In this document: one piece after another, positions 40,266-51,877 of the stretch | Layout of the letters: every line of letters begins with the position of its first letter | Position numbering within the stretch: position 1 is the stretch's first letter | NCBI GenBank assembly: GCA_963717935.1 | Contig: CAVQXP010000004.1 | Location: 928,001 to 992,000 of the forward strand | Direction of reading: 5' to 3' | DNA: 64,000 bases | Origin: Candidatus Eiseniibacteriota bacterium | GTDB taxonomy: Bacteria; Eisenbacteria; RBG-16-71-46 | Position numbers and translations under genes: made by a program | Notes under the pieces: model-generated | Seen by the model: only the letters and a program-made list of their open reading frames with translations | The model's database searches: none | What the model was told of the DNA's origin: nothing

Positions 40266-42335
40266 ATGTCGAAACCGAAGGTGCCGCCCCCGTTCGAGCC
40301 GCGGATCGTCCGCCGCGCGGCGGGCGAGGCGTTCCGCAAGCTCGACCCGCGGGTCCAACTCCGCAACCCGGTCATGTTCGTCGTGCTGGTGACCGCGCTC
40401 CTGACCACCGTGCTGGGCATCGAGGCGCTGTGCGGGCAGGGCGAGGCCCCGGCGGGCTTCATCCTCGGCGTGTCGATGTGGCTGTGGTTCACGGTGCTGT
40501 CCGCCAACTTCGCCGAGGCCATGGCGGAGGGCCGCGGCAAGGCCCAGGCCGAGGCCCTGCGCCAGGCGCGGGGCGACGTCTTCGCCAAGAAGCTCGAGGA
40601 CCCCGCCGAGCGCCTGGTGTTCTGGGCCGTGCCCGCGTCCACCCTGCGCAAGGGCGACTTCGTGGTGGTCGCGGCGGGGGACGTCATTCCCTGCGACGCC
40701 GAGGTGATCGAGGGCGTGGCGTCGGTGGACGAGAGCGTCATCACCGGCGAGAGCGCGCCGGTCATCCGCGAGAGCGGCGGCGACCGCAGTGCGGTCACCG
40801 GGGGCACGCGCATCCTCTCGGACTGGCTGGTGCTGCGCGTCAGCGCCGACCCCGGGGAGACCTTCCTCGACCGCATGATCGGCCTGATCGAGGGCGCGAA
40901 GCGGCAGAAGACGCCGAACGAGATTGCGCTCGCCATCCTGCTGGCCGCCCTGACCCTGATCTTCCTGGTGACGACCGCCACGTTGCTGCCGTTCTCGCTG
41001 TACGGCGTGCGCGTCGCTGGAGCGGGCACGCCGATCACGGTGACGGCGTTGAGCGCGTTGCTGGTCTGCCTGATCCCGACCACGATCGGTGGCCTGCTGT
41101 CGGCCATCGGCATCGCCGGCATGGACCGGCTCATCCGCGACAACGTCCTGGCGCTCTCGGGACGCGCGGTCGAGGCGGCCGGGGACGTGGACGTGCTGCT
41201 GCTCGACAAGACCGGGACCATCACGCTCGGCAATCGCCAGGCCACCGAGCTGGTGCCGGCCCCCGGCGTGACGCTCGAGCGACTGGCCGACGCCGCGCAG
41301 CTCGCCTCGCTCTCGGACGAGACGCCCGAGGGACGCAGCATCGTCGTGCTGGCCAAGGAACGCTACGGGCTGCGCGAGCGCGACCTGCACTCGCTGGGTG
41401 CCGCGTTCGTGCCGTTCAGCGCCCGCACCCGCATGAGCGGCGTCGACCTGGACGGCCGCGCGGTGCGCAAGGGCGCCAGCGAGGCGATCGAGCGTTTCGT
41501 GAAGGAGCACGGCGGCGAGCTGCCGGCCGCCGTGCGGAGCGCCGTGGACGCCATCGCGCGGGCGGGCTCGACGCCGCTGGTGGTGGCCGAGGACGGTGTC
41601 GTGCTGGGCGCGATCCAGCTCAAGGACGTCGTCAAGGGCGGCATCCGCGAGCGCTTCGCCGAGCTGCGCCGGATGGGGATCAAGACCGTGATGATCACCG
41701 GCGACAACCCGCTCACGGCCGCGGCGATCGCCGCGGAGGCGGGGGTGGACGACTTCCTGGCCGAGGCCACGCCCGAGGCGAAGCTCGCGCTGATCCGTCA
41801 GCAGCAGGCGGGCGGACGGCTGGTGGCCATGACCGGCGACGGGACCAACGACGCGCCCGCGCTGGCCCAGGCGGACGTGGCCGTGGCCATGAACTCCGGT
41901 ACCCAGGCCGCCAAGGAGGCGGGGAACATGGTGGACCTCGACTCGAACCCGACCAAGCTGATCGAGATCGTCGAGACCGGCAAGCAGTTGCTGATGACGC
42001 GTGGCGCGCTGACCACCTTCAGCATCGCGAACGACGTCGCGAAGTACTTCGCCATCGTCCCGGCGGCCTTCGTCGGCACCTACCCGGCGCTCGCGGCCCT
42101 GAACGTGATGCGGCTCGCGACACCCAACAGCGCGATCCTCTCGGCGGTCATCTTCAACGCCCTGGTCATCATCGCGCTCGTGCCGCTGGCCCTGCGCGGG
42201 GTGCACTACCGCCCGTTGGGCGCCGCGACGGTGCTCCGCAACCACCTGCTGATCTACGGGCTCGGTGGCCTGGTCGCCCCGTTCCTGGGGATCAAGGCCA
42301 TCGACCTGGTCCTGGTCGCGTTCCACCTCACCTAG
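40266..42335 (+). CDS. kdpB: K+-transporting P-type ATPase subunit B
   Basis: [25 protein letters not shown]. Confidence 0.97.
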   Translation: MSKPKVPPPFEPRIVRRAAGEAFRKLDPRVQLRNPVMFVVLVTALLTTVLGIEALCGQGEAPAGFILGVSMWLWFTVLSANFAEAMAEGRGKAQAEALRQARGDVFAKKLEDPAERLVFWAVPASTLRKGDFVVVAAGDVIPCDAEVIEGVASVDESVITGESAPVIRESGGDRSAVTGGTRILSDWLVLRVSADPGETFLDRMIGLIEGAKRQKTPNEIALAILLAALTLIFLVTTATLLPFSLYGVRVAGAGTPITVTALSALLVCLIPTTIGGLLSAIGIAGMDRLIRDNVLALSGRAVEAAGDVDVLLLDKTGTITLGNRQATELVPAPGVTLERLADAAQLASLSDETPEGRSIVVLAKERYGLRERDLHSLGAAFVPFSARTRMSGVDLDGRAVRKGASEAIERFVKEHGGELPAAVRSAVDAIARAGSTPLVVAEDGVVLGAIQLKDVVKGGIRERFAELRRMGIKTVMITGDNPLTAAAIAAEAGVDDFLAEATPEAKLALIRQQQAGGRLVAMTGDGTNDAPALAQADVAVAMNSGTQAAKEAGNMVDLDSNPTKLIEIVETGKQLLMTRGALTTFSIANDVAKYFAIVPAAFVGTYPALAALNVMRLATPNSAILSAVIFNALVIIALVPLALRGVHYRPLGAATVLRNHLLIYGLGGLVAPFLGIKAIDLVLVAFHLT

Positions 42336-42344
42336 GAACCCCCC

Positions 42345-42935
42345 ATGCGCTCCGAGGTCCGTCCCGCGCTCGTCCTGCTGCTCGTGTTCACCGTGCTCAC
42401 CGGCCTGGTCTACCCGCTCGCCCTGACCGGCGTGGCGAAGCTCATCTTCCCGCGCCAGGCCCAGGGCAGCCTGATCGTGCGCGACGGCCACGGGGTCGGC
42501 TCGCGCCTGGTCGGGCAGCCGTTCTCCGATCCGCGCTACTTCTGGGGGCGGCTCTCGGCCACCGCACCGCTGCCCTACGACGCGGCCGCCTCGGCCGGCT
42601 CGAACCTGGGGCCCCTGAACCCGGCCCTGATCGAGGCGGCGCGGGCGCGCCTCGCGGCGCTGCGCGCGGCGGACCCCGGCGCCATCGGGCCCGTGCCCGT
42701 GGACCTGGTCACGGCCTCGGGCAGCGGCCTCGATCCGCACGTCAGCCCCGCCGCGGCCGAATACCAGGTGGGCCGGGTGGCGCGGGCGCGCGGGCTGGCC
42801 CCCGGAGAGGTGCGCTCGATCCTCCGGCGCCACACCGAGGGCCGCACCTTCGGCCTGCTGGGCGAGCCGCGCGTGAACGTGCTCGAGCTGAACCTGGCGC
42901 TGGACGCCCTTGGTCGCCCGGACGCGACGCGCTGA
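42345..42935 (+). CDS. kdpC: K+-transporting ATPase subunit C
   Basis: [34 protein letters not shown]. Confidence 0.97.
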   Translation: MRSEVRPALVLLLVFTVLTGLVYPLALTGVAKLIFPRQAQGSLIVRDGHGVGSRLVGQPFSDPRYFWGRLSATAPLPYDAAASAGSNLGPLNPALIEAARARLAALRAADPGAIGPVPVDLVTASGSGLDPHVSPAAAEYQVGRVARARGLAPGEVRSILRRHTEGRTFGLLGEPRVNVLELNLALDALGRPDATR

Positions 42936-43034
42936 GCGCCGGCCCGCCGGGCCCGTGGAGCCCTGTGCTACTGTCGTGCCACGCGGCGTGCGACGGGGGC
43001 GGGGCCTCCGCTCGTCCCGCGCGGAAGGCCCCGC

Positions 43035-45767
43035 ATGAACGAGCACCGTCCCGATCCCGACGAACTCCTGCGCCGCATCCGCGAGCAGGAGGAGCGCGAG
43101 CACCGCGCGAAGCTCAAGATCTTCTTCGGTGCTTCGGCGGGTGTCGGCAAGACCTACGCGATGCTGGTGGAGGCCCACGAGCGCCGCCGCGCGGACGTGG
43201 ACGCCGTGGTCGGCGTGGTCGAGACCCACGGCCGCCCCGAGACCGCCGCGCTGCTCGAGGGGCTGGAGTCCCTGCCTCCGCGCCCGGTCGAGTACCGCGG
43301 CGCCGTGCTGCGGGAGTTCGACCTCGACGCGGCGCTGGCCCGCCGTCCGGGCCTGCTGCTGCTGGACGAGCTGGCCCACACCAACGCCCCGGGCTCGCGG
43401 CACGCGAAGCGCTGGCTGGACGTCGAGGAGTTGCTCGCCGCGGGTATCGACGTCTACACCACGCTCAACGTCCAGCACGTCGAGAGCCTGTACGACGTGG
43501 TCGCGCAGATCACGGGCGTGGCGGTGCGCGAGATCGTGCCCGACTCGATCCTCGAACGCGCCGACGAGATCGAGTTGGTGGACCTGCCACCCGACGACCT
43601 GCTGCAGCGCCTGCGCGAGGGCAAGGTCTACATCCCCGAGCAGGCCGCGCGCGCGGCGGAGCACTTCTTCAAGAAGGGGAACCTGATCGCGCTGCGCGAG
43701 CTGGCCCTGCGCGTCACCGCCGACCGCGTGGACCAGCAGATGGAGTCCTACCGCCGCGAGCACGCCATCCGCGACACCTGGGCGGTGGGCGGGCGCATCC
43801 TGGTCGGCCTGGGCGAGCCCGTGGCGGGGCTGCGGCTGATCCGGGCGGCGAGCCGCATGGCGGCGCGGCTGCAGGCTGAGTGGCTGGTGGTGCACGTCGA
43901 GACCCCGGGTGAGTTCACGCCGACGGAGACGGCGCGCGACCCCCTCGTGGACCTGATGGGCTACGCCGAGGAGCTGGGCGCCGAGACCGCGATGCTCACC
44001 GGCACGCGGGTCGCCGAGCAGATGCTCGCCTACGCCCGGGAGCGCAACGTCTCTCGCATCATCGTCGGCAAGCCCACGCGCCCGCGCTGGCTCCGGCTGC
44101 TGCGCGGTTCCCTGGTGGACGCGCTGCTGGCCGGCAGCGGCGAGATCGACGTCTTCGTCATGAGCGGCGAGAGCGAGGAGGACGAGCGCCCGCCCGGCCC
44201 GGCGCCCGCCCGGCCGCTCTCGCTGCGGGCCTCGAGCTACGCGCAGAGCCTGCTGGCCGTCGCCCTGTGCACCGGGATCGCGTGGGTGGTGGACCTGCGC
44301 CTGCCCCCGGCCAACCTGCCGATGATCTACCTGCTGGGCATCATGGCGGTGGCGATGCGCCTGGGCCGCGGCCCGGCGGTCATGGCTTCGATCGTGAGCG
44401 TGGCCGCCTTCGACTTCTTCTTCGTGCCGCCGAAGCTGGCGTTCCACGTCCACGACACGCAGTACCTGCTGACGTTCGCGGGGATGCTGGTGGTGGCGCT
44501 GGTCATCAGCACCATGGCCTCGCGCCTGCGCCGGCAGGCCGACGCCGCCCGTGAGCGCGAGCACCGGACCGCGGCGCTCTACATGCTCAGCCGCGAGCTG
44601 TCGAGCCTGCGGGAGACGCAGGAGCTGCTGCGCGCGGCGCTGCGGCGGGTGACGGACGTGTTCGGGGGCCGCGGCGTGATCCTGCTGCCCGACGCCGCGG
44701 GCCGGCTGTCGGTCGTGGCCGGGGAGGTGTCCCTGCTGGGCGAGGCGGGGCACGACCAGGGCGTGGCCCAGTGGACCTTCGACCATGCGCAACCCGCGGG
44801 GGCCGGCACGCCGACCCTGCCGGCGGCGGGCGCCCTGTTCCTGCCCCTGCTCGGGGCGAGCGAGGCCGTGGGCGTGCTCGGCATCGTGCCGGACGAACCG
44901 GGACGCGTGCTGACCCGCGACCGCTTCCGCCTGGTCGAGACCTTCGCCTCGCAGGTGGCGCTCAGCCTCGAGCGGGCGCAACTCGCCGAGCAGGCCGAAC
45001 GCGCGCACGTGCTGGTCGAGTCCGAGCGCACCCGCAGCCTGCTGCTGAGCAGCGTCTCCCACGACCTGCGCACGCCGCTGTCGGTCATCACCGGGGCGAC
45101 CAGCAGCCTGCTGGCGGACGAGGCGGCGCTGCCCGGGCCGGTGCGCCGGGAGCTGGTGGAGACCATCGCCGAGGAGGCGCAGCGCCTGAACCGGCTGGTC
45201 GGCAACCTGCTCGACATGACGCGGCTCGAGTCGGGCGCGCTGGCGGTGCGGTGGGAATGGCACTCGCTCGAGGAGGTCGTGGGCTCGGCGCTGGGGCGGC
45301 TCGAGTCGCGCCTGCAGGGCCGGGAGGTGGTCGTGCGGCTGGCGCCGGGCCTGCCACTCGTCCAACTCGACGACGTGCTGATCGAGCAGGTGCTCTTCAA
45401 CCTGGTCGAGAACGCGCTCAAGTACACTCCGCCCGGCAGCCCGATCGGGATCGGCGCGACGCTGGTCGACGGCGCGTTGCGCATCGAGGTCGCGGACCGC
45501 GGCCCGGGGTTGCCGCCGGGACAGGAGGAGAGCGTGTTCGAGAAGTTCTACCGGGGCCGGCGCGAGGGGGACCCGAGCGGCGTGGGCCTGGGCCTGAGCA
45601 TCTGCCGCGGGATCATCGAGGCCCACGGGGGCGCGATCTCGGCCGCGAACCGTGACGGGGGCGGGGCCGTGTTCCGGGTGACGCTGCCGCAGCCGGAGAG
45701 CCCGCCCGCGGTGGCCCTGGACGAGGACCCGGGTGCGGGCGGCGACCCGGGCGCGGAGCCGTCGTGA
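43035..45767 (+). CDS. kdpD: Sensor histidine kinase KdpD
   Basis: GASAGVGKTYAML, DELAHTN, Usp domain, TM region, GAF, SHDLRTPL, HATPase boxes. Confidence 0.97.
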   Translation: MNEHRPDPDELLRRIREQEEREHRAKLKIFFGASAGVGKTYAMLVEAHERRRADVDAVVGVVETHGRPETAALLEGLESLPPRPVEYRGAVLREFDLDAALARRPGLLLLDELAHTNAPGSRHAKRWLDVEELLAAGIDVYTTLNVQHVESLYDVVAQITGVAVREIVPDSILERADEIELVDLPPDDLLQRLREGKVYIPEQAARAAEHFFKKGNLIALRELALRVTADRVDQQMESYRREHAIRDTWAVGGRILVGLGEPVAGLRLIRAASRMAARLQAEWLVVHVETPGEFTPTETARDPLVDLMGYAEELGAETAMLTGTRVAEQMLAYARERNVSRIIVGKPTRPRWLRLLRGSLVDALLAGSGEIDVFVMSGESEEDERPPGPAPARPLSLRASSYAQSLLAVALCTGIAWVVDLRLPPANLPMIYLLGIMAVAMRLGRGPAVMASIVSVAAFDFFFVPPKLAFHVHDTQYLLTFAGMLVVALVISTMASRLRRQADAAREREHRTAALYMLSRELSSLRETQELLRAALRRVTDVFGGRGVILLPDAAGRLSVVAGEVSLLGEAGHDQGVAQWTFDHAQPAGAGTPTLPAAGALFLPLLGASEAVGVLGIVPDEPGRVLTRDRFRLVETFASQVALSLERAQLAEQAERAHVLVESERTRSLLLSSVSHDLRTPLSVITGATSSLLADEAALPGPVRRELVETIAEEAQRLNRLVGNLLDMTRLESGALAVRWEWHSLEEVVGSALGRLESRLQGREVVVRLAPGLPLVQLDDVLIEQVLFNLVENALKYTPPGSPIGIGATLVDGALRIEVADRGPGLPPGQEESVFEKFYRGRREGDPSGVGLGLSICRGIIEAHGGAISAANRDGGGAVFRVTLPQPESPPAVALDEDPGAGGDPGAEPS

Positions 45768-46480
45768 CCGGGACCGGGCCGCAGGAGGGGCTGGCCCCCC
45801 TCGTACTGGTCGTCGAGGACGAGGTGTCCATGGTGCGCCTGCTCAAGGCGGCGCTCGGCAGCCAGGGCTTTCGCGTGGTCGAGGCCTCGAGCGGCCAGGA
45901 GGCCCTGCGCCAGGCGGCCACGCGCTCCCCGGACGTGGTCGTCCTCGACCTCGGCCTGCCCGACCTGGACGGCCTCGAGGTCACGCGCCGGCTGCGCGAG
46001 TGGTCCGCCGTACCCATCATCGTGGTCTCGGCGCGCGGCCAGGAGGGCGACAAGATCAAGGCCCTCGACGCGGGCGCGGACGACTACGTCACCAAGCCGT
46101 TCGCAGTCGGCGAGTTGCTGGCGCGCATGCGGGTCGCGCTGCGGCACTCGGCCCAGACCGCGCAGGAATCCGGCGACACCGAGGTGACGGTGGGCGGGCT
46201 GCGGGTGGACCGGCTGCGCCGGCAGGTCTTCGTGGACGAGGACGAGGTCCGCCTGACGCCGATCGAATACCGACTGCTCTCGGCGCTCGCCCAGTACCCC
46301 GGCCGGGTGCTGACCCACGAGCACCTGTTGCGCCGGGTCTGGGGACCAGGCTGCACGCAGCAGCGCCACTACCTGCGCGTCTACATGGCGCAGCTCAGGC
46401 ACAAGCTCGAACCGGACCCCGCTCGGCCCCGCTACCTGCTGACCGAGCCTGGGGTTGGCTACCGCCTGCGCGATTCCTGA
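45764..46480 (+). CDS. kdpE: Response regulator KdpE
   Basis: LDLGLPDLDG, GADDYVTKPF, YLRVYMAQLRHKLE. Confidence 0.96.
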   Translation: MTGTGPQEGLAPLVLVVEDEVSMVRLLKAALGSQGFRVVEASSGQEALRQAATRSPDVVVLDLGLPDLDGLEVTRRLREWSAVPIIVVSARGQEGDKIKALDAGADDYVTKPFAVGELLARMRVALRHSAQTAQESGDTEVTVGGLRVDRLRRQVFVDEDEVRLTPIEYRLLSALAQYPGRVLTHEHLLRRVWGPGCTQQRHYLRVYMAQLRHKLEPDPARPRYLLTEPGVGYRLRDS

Positions 46481-46677
46481 GGGGCCCGCCTGCAGGTCGG
46501 TCGGCCGCCGACTCTGGTAGCATCACAGCCGCTCTGCAGGTAGGATACCGCCGAACTGCCACGCGCCGGAACGGAAGCCTCGTCGGGGCGCGCACGGACT
46601 GCGACCAACGCCACCGTTGCCCCTCCGGCCCCGGTGCGCACACGGAAGACGAAGCTGCGATCACAGGGAGGAATCCG

Positions 46678-48780
46678 ATGAGTGACCTTTCCTATGGACG
46701 GGACCGGCTCGGCGATGTGGCGGCGTCCACTCGCCTGGAGTGGCTGGTCACCAACGGCATCGGAGGCTTCGCCTCCGGCACGGCCAGCGGGGCGCTGACC
46801 CGCCGCTACCACGGGCTCCTCGTCGCCTCGCTCAAGCCTCCGGTCGGCCGCACCCTGCTGCTCGCCAAGCTGGCCGAGCGCCTCGAAGTGAACGGGGCCT
46901 GGGTGGACCTCGACACGAACCGCTGGGCCGGCGGCAGCGTCTCCCCGGCCGGGCACCTGCACCTCGAGTCCTTCCGGCTCGACGAGACCGTGCCGGTCTG
47001 GACCTGGGCCATCGGTGACGCGCGCCTGGAGAAGCGCGTGTGGATGGAGCACGGCGAGAACACGACCTTCATCGAGTACCGGCTGGCCTCATCCAGTGTC
47101 CCGGCCCAACTCCACCTGCGGGCGCTGGCCAACCACCGCGACGCCCACGAGATCACCTCGATCGGCGCCTGGACCGCGTGCGTCGAGCCCGCCTCGGGCG
47201 GGGTCTGCATCGAGGCCTGGGACGGCGCCACCCCGCTGTGGCTGTTCGCCCCCGGGGCCGACGTGCGCCCGGTGAACGAGTGGTACCGCGGCTTCCACCT
47301 CGCGCTCGAGGCCGAGCGCGGGCTGGATTGCGTGGAAGATCACCTCTGCGCGGCCGAGATCCTCGCCACGCTCCAGCCGGGCGAGGCCATCGTGGTCACG
47401 GCCAGCACGCGGCGCCATGCTGGCCGCGACGCCGGCACGCCGCTGGCGCGGGCCTTCTCGCTGCAGCGCCGGCGCGCGCACGAGAAGAGCCTGCTCGACG
47501 CCTGGCGCAAGGCGCAGCCGAAGGCCTCGCGCACGGCGCCCGAGTGGGTGCGGCGGCTGGTGCTGGCGGCCGACCAGTTCGTGGTCGAGCGCGCCATCCC
47601 GGGCGAGCCGCAGGGCCGCAGCGTCATCGCCGGCTACCCGTGGTTCAGCGACTGGGGGCGCGACACCATGATCGCGCTGCCCGGCCTGGCGCTGGCGACC
47701 GGGCGGCCGGAGCTGGCGCGCACCATCCTCTCGACCTTCGCGCGCTTCGTGGACCAGGGGATGCTGCCCAACTACTTCCCCGACCAGGGCGAGCCGCCGA
47801 CCTACAACACCGTGGATGCGGCGCTCTGGTTCTTCCAGGCGGTGCGCTCGTACGTCGAGGCCACGCAGGACCTCAAGTTCCTGGCCGAGGTGTACCCCGC
47901 GCTCGAGGACATCGGTGCCTGGTACGAGCGCGGCACACGCTACGGCATCCACATGGACCCGGCGGACAGCCTCGTCGCCGCGGGCGACGACGGGGTGCAG
48001 CTCACCTGGATGGACGCCAAGGTGGACGACTGGGTCGTCACGCCCCGCCGTGGCAAGCCGGTGGAGGTGAATGCGCTCTGGTACAACGCGATGGCCGCCA
48101 TGGTGACGTTCGCGAACCGGCTCAAGCGGCCGGCCGAGGCGCACGAGCGGCGCATGCGCGAGATCGAGATGTCGTTCCAGCGCTTCTGGAACCCCGAGAC
48201 CGGTTGCCTCTTCGACGTGCTCGACGGTCCCGAGGGGAACGACCCGGCGATCCGCCCCAACCAGTTGCTCGCGGTCTCGCTGCCGGCGAGCCCGCTCACC
48301 CACGAGCAGCAGCGCGCGGTGCTCGAGACCTGCGGGCGCGCGCTCCTGACCTCGCACGGGCTGCGCAGCCTGGCGCCCGGCGATTCGCGCTACCACGGCG
48401 TCTACACCGGGGACCGGCGCGAGCGGGACGGCGCTTATCACCAGGGCACGGTGTGGACCTGGCTGCTGCCGCACTACGCGCTGGCGCATGCCCGCGTGCA
48501 CGGGCGGCGGGAAGAGGCCCTCGCGTTCCTCGAGCCGCTGGGAGAGTTGATGGGCGCCTGCGGCGTGGGCTCGTTGCCCGAGGCCGCCGACGGCGAAGCG
48601 CCGTTCACCCCGCGCGGCTGCATCGCGCAGGCCTGGTCGGTGGGGGAGACGCTGCGTGCCTGGCACATGCTCGTGACGGCCCGCCCCACGCCGGGGAAGG
48701 CCGCCCGGACCCCGGCGGCGCGCACCAAGTCGCGTGCCCGGACCGCGGCGCGTCCCCGGACGACGGCGCGCGCGCGGTAG
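46678..48780 (+). CDS. Amylo-alpha-1,6-glucosidase (glycogen debranching enzyme)
   Basis: EWLVTNGIGGFASGT, AGYPWFSDWGRDT, TWMDAK, YHQGTVW, AQAWSV. Confidence 0.93.
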   Translation: MSDLSYGRDRLGDVAASTRLEWLVTNGIGGFASGTASGALTRRYHGLLVASLKPPVGRTLLLAKLAERLEVNGAWVDLDTNRWAGGSVSPAGHLHLESFRLDETVPVWTWAIGDARLEKRVWMEHGENTTFIEYRLASSSVPAQLHLRALANHRDAHEITSIGAWTACVEPASGGVCIEAWDGATPLWLFAPGADVRPVNEWYRGFHLALEAERGLDCVEDHLCAAEILATLQPGEAIVVTASTRRHAGRDAGTPLARAFSLQRRRAHEKSLLDAWRKAQPKASRTAPEWVRRLVLAADQFVVERAIPGEPQGRSVIAGYPWFSDWGRDTMIALPGLALATGRPELARTILSTFARFVDQGMLPNYFPDQGEPPTYNTVDAALWFFQAVRSYVEATQDLKFLAEVYPALEDIGAWYERGTRYGIHMDPADSLVAAGDDGVQLTWMDAKVDDWVVTPRRGKPVEVNALWYNAMAAMVTFANRLKRPAEAHERRMREIEMSFQRFWNPETGCLFDVLDGPEGNDPAIRPNQLLAVSLPASPLTHEQQRAVLETCGRALLTSHGLRSLAPGDSRYHGVYTGDRRERDGAYHQGTVWTWLLPHYALAHARVHGRREEALAFLEPLGELMGACGVGSLPEAADGEAPFTPRGCIAQAWSVGETLRAWHMLVTARPTPGKAARTPAARTKSRARTAARPRTTARAR

Positions 48781-48801
48781 GGTCGCGGCGCGAAGGCGAA
48801 A

Positions 48802-48839
48802 CACGGCGGGCCGGTCCCTTCCGGGACCGGCCCGCCGTG
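48802..48839 (+). terminator. Hairpin family 3 copy A
   Basis: CACGGCGGGCCGGTCCC-TTCC-GGGACCGGCCCGCCGTG; same arms as 58150-58185. Confidence 0.75.
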
Positions 48840-48887
48840 CTCCCGCCCGCGAGGCCCGGGAGGCGGGCCAGGGAAGGAGGCTGCATC

Positions 48888-49823
48888 GTGGACGATCACG
48901 GGGTCGTGCGCCTGCGCGATGGGCGGGTGCTCGCCTTCGCGCAGTACGGCGACCCGAGCGGGATCCCGATCCTGTTCTTCCACGGCCTGCCGAGCTGCCG
49001 GTTGATGCACCCGGACGCGGAGGTCTCCCGCGCGCTCGGGGTGCGGGTGCTGGTCGCCGACCGGCCGGGCTTCGGCCGCTCGGACCCGCGGCCCGGGCGC
49101 GCGCTGCTGGACTGGGCCGACGACGTCGCCGACCTCGCGGACGCGCTCGGGCTGCCGCGATTCGCTGTCGTCGGGCCCTCGGGGGGAGCGCCCTTCGTGG
49201 CGGCCTGCGCCAGCCGGCTCGGGCCGCGCGTCACGCGCGCCGCGATCCTCGGCGGCTCCGGGCCGGTCGACGCGCCCGGAGCGCTCACGGGGATCACGTT
49301 CGAGCGTCGTGCCGGTTACTGGCTCGCCCGTCACGCGCCCGCCCTGCTGCGCGCGGTGCTGCGGCGACGTGGCGACCCGCGGCGCGACCCCGAGCGGTTC
49401 TTCACCCGCTACACGCGGCACAACCCCGCGGCCGACCAGGCCCTGCTCGCGCGTCCCGAGGTGCGGGCGATGTTCCTGGCGAGCTACGCCGAGGCGACGC
49501 GCCAGGGGCTCGAGGCGTTCGCCTGGGAGCTGCAGCTCGTCGCGCGACCCTGGGGATTCCGGCTGGAGGACGTGCGGGTGCCCACCGCGATCTGGCACGG
49601 CGCGGACGACCACCTCACGCCGGTCGGCATGGCGCGGGCGCTGGCGCGGGCCATCCCGGGGGCCACGCTCCAGGTCCTGCCGGGCGAGGGGCACCTGTTC
49701 TTCCTTTCGCGCTGGCGGGAGATCGTGGCCGGTCTGCTGGCGCCCGGGCAGGGCGCGACGCACGAGGAGCGCGGGGCGGGATCGAAGACCGCCGGCGGGG
49801 TTGTGGGATGTCCGGACGCGTGA
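48888..49823 (+). CDS. Alpha/beta-fold hydrolase
   Basis: SD AAGGAGG; FFHG, DRPGFGRSD, GPSGG nucleophile elbow, WHGADD, EGH. Confidence 0.9.
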   Translation: MDDHGVVRLRDGRVLAFAQYGDPSGIPILFFHGLPSCRLMHPDAEVSRALGVRVLVADRPGFGRSDPRPGRALLDWADDVADLADALGLPRFAVVGPSGGAPFVAACASRLGPRVTRAAILGGSGPVDAPGALTGITFERRAGYWLARHAPALLRAVLRRRGDPRRDPERFFTRYTRHNPAADQALLARPEVRAMFLASYAEATRQGLEAFAWELQLVARPWGFRLEDVRVPTAIWHGADDHLTPVGMARALARAIPGATLQVLPGEGHLFFLSRWREIVAGLLAPGQGATHEERGAGSKTAGGVVGCPDA

Positions 49824-49887
49824 TAGTGCTCGCGAACGTGCCGTCCCTTGCCGGTGATTCCGCCGCCGTGAGCCCGCGGGTCGTGGA

Positions 49888-51877
49888 ATGCCACTGATCC
49901 TCGCCGGGCTGGGGCTGCTTGTGCTGGGCGCCGTCGCCGCGCTGTCGGTCGCTCGCGCGCCGCGCCTGGCGACCTGGCTGGGTGTCGGCGGCACGATTGC
50001 CGGGTGCATCTGCGCCCTGGTCCCGGTTGTGCGGGTCCTGCTCGGCGGCGCGCCCCTGAGCCTGCGGCTGCCCTGGAACGTCCCCTTCGGCACCTTCGCG
50101 CTCGGCCTGGACGGGCTCTCCGCCTTCTTCCTGCTGCCGATCCTCATGCTCTCCGCGCTCGCCGCGCTCTATGGGAGCGAGTACCTTGGCGCCTTCCGCG
50201 GGCGCGCCGTCCCCGCGCGCGCCTGGCCCTTCTTCGCGCTCCTCGTCGCGGGCATGGCGCTGGTGGTGTTGGCGCGCAACGGCGTGCTGTTCCTGGTGGC
50301 ATGGGAGATCATGTCGCTGGCGGCCTACTTCCTGGTGGTGCTCGAGGACGAGGAGCCGGCGGTGCGCTCCGCGGGTTGGACGTATCTCGTCGCCACCCAC
50401 CTGGGCACGGCGTTCCTGATCGTGATGTTCGTGGTGCTGGGGCATGAGGCGGGCTCGCTCGACTTCGAGCGCTTCGGCGCCACCCTGTTGCTGGCCGCGC
50501 CGCTGGCCGGCCTGGTCTTCGTGCTCGCGATGATTGGCTTCGGCACCAAGGCCGGTTTCATGCCCCTGCACGTCTGGCTGCCCGAGGCGCATCCGGCCGC
50601 ACCCAGCCACGTCTCGGCCGTGATGTCGGGCGTGATGATCAAGACTCGGCATCTACGGCCTGCTGCGCACGCTCACGTTCCTGGGCGCGCCGCCGGCCTG
50701 GTGGGGTTGGACCCTCGTGGCCGTGGGCCTGACCTCGGGCGTGCTCGGCGTGCTCTTCGCCCTCGCCCAGCACGACCTCAAGCGATTGCTGGCCTACCAC
50801 AGCGTCGAGAACATCGGGATCATCGCGCTCGGGTTCGGCGTCGGGCTGCTCGGCGTGCACTACGGGTCGGCGCCGCTGGCGGTGCTGGGCTTCGCCGGCG
50901 CGCTGCTGCACGTCGTGAACCACGCCCTGTTCAAGGGGCTGCTCTTCCTCGGCGCGGGCGCGGTCGTGCACGCCACCGGCACGCGCGAGATGGACCACCT
51001 CGGCGGGCTGCTCAAGCGCATGCCCTGGACCGGCTCGCTGTTCCTGGTCGGGGCCGCGGCGATCTGCGGCCTGCCGCCGCTCAACGGCTTCGCCAGCGAG
51101 TTCCTCGTCTTCCTCGGGGCCTACCAGGGCGTGCTCCACCCGGCGGCGGGCGTGGTCGGAGCGGCGCTGGTGGTGCTGGCCGGGCTCGCGCTCATCGGCG
51201 GCCTCGCGGCCGCGTGCTTCGCCAAGGTCTTCGGCGTGGTGTTCCTGGGCGAGGCCCGCAGCGGGCACGTCGCGCACGCGCACGACCCGGGCAGGGCGAT
51301 GCTGCTGCCCATGGTCGTGCTGGCCGCGGGCTGTGTGCTGGTGGGCCTCGTGCCCGCCCTGCTCGTGGGGCGCATGGCGGGCGCGCTCGAGCCGCTCACG
51401 CGGCTGCCGGCGGCCACGATCGAGCCGTCGCTCGCCTTCGCCGTCGTGCCGCTCACGCAGGTCTCGGTCGCGGCGGGCGTGCTGCTCGTGCTGGGCGGCG
51501 CGCTCGTGCTGTGGCGGCGCGCGCAGCTCGCCCGCCGGCCGGCGGGCGAGGCGCTCACCTGGGACTGCGGTTACGCCCGGCCGACGCCGCGCATGCAGTA
51601 CACCGCCTCGTCCTTCGCGCGGCCGCTCACGCTGCTCTTCGGCGGGTTCCTGCGCACGCGCACCACGCGCGTCGCGCCCGCCGGTCCCTTCCCGCGGCAG
51701 GCCGCACTCGCCACCGAGACGCCGGACGTCTTCCGCGACGCGCTCTTCCGTCCCGCATTCGTCCTGGCCGCCGGCGCGCTGAAGAAGCTGCGCTGGCTGC
51801 AGCACGGGCGCGTGCAGCTCTACGTGCTCTACATCCTGCTCACGCTTGTCGTGCTGCTGGTGTGGAAGCTGCGATGA
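49888..51877 (+). CDS. hyfB: HyfB/HycC-like proton-translocating membrane subunit; frameshift near 50646
   Basis: FLVAWEIMS, GFGTKAG.MPLHVWLPEAHP, KRLLAYHSVENIG, TWDCGY. Confidence 0.88.
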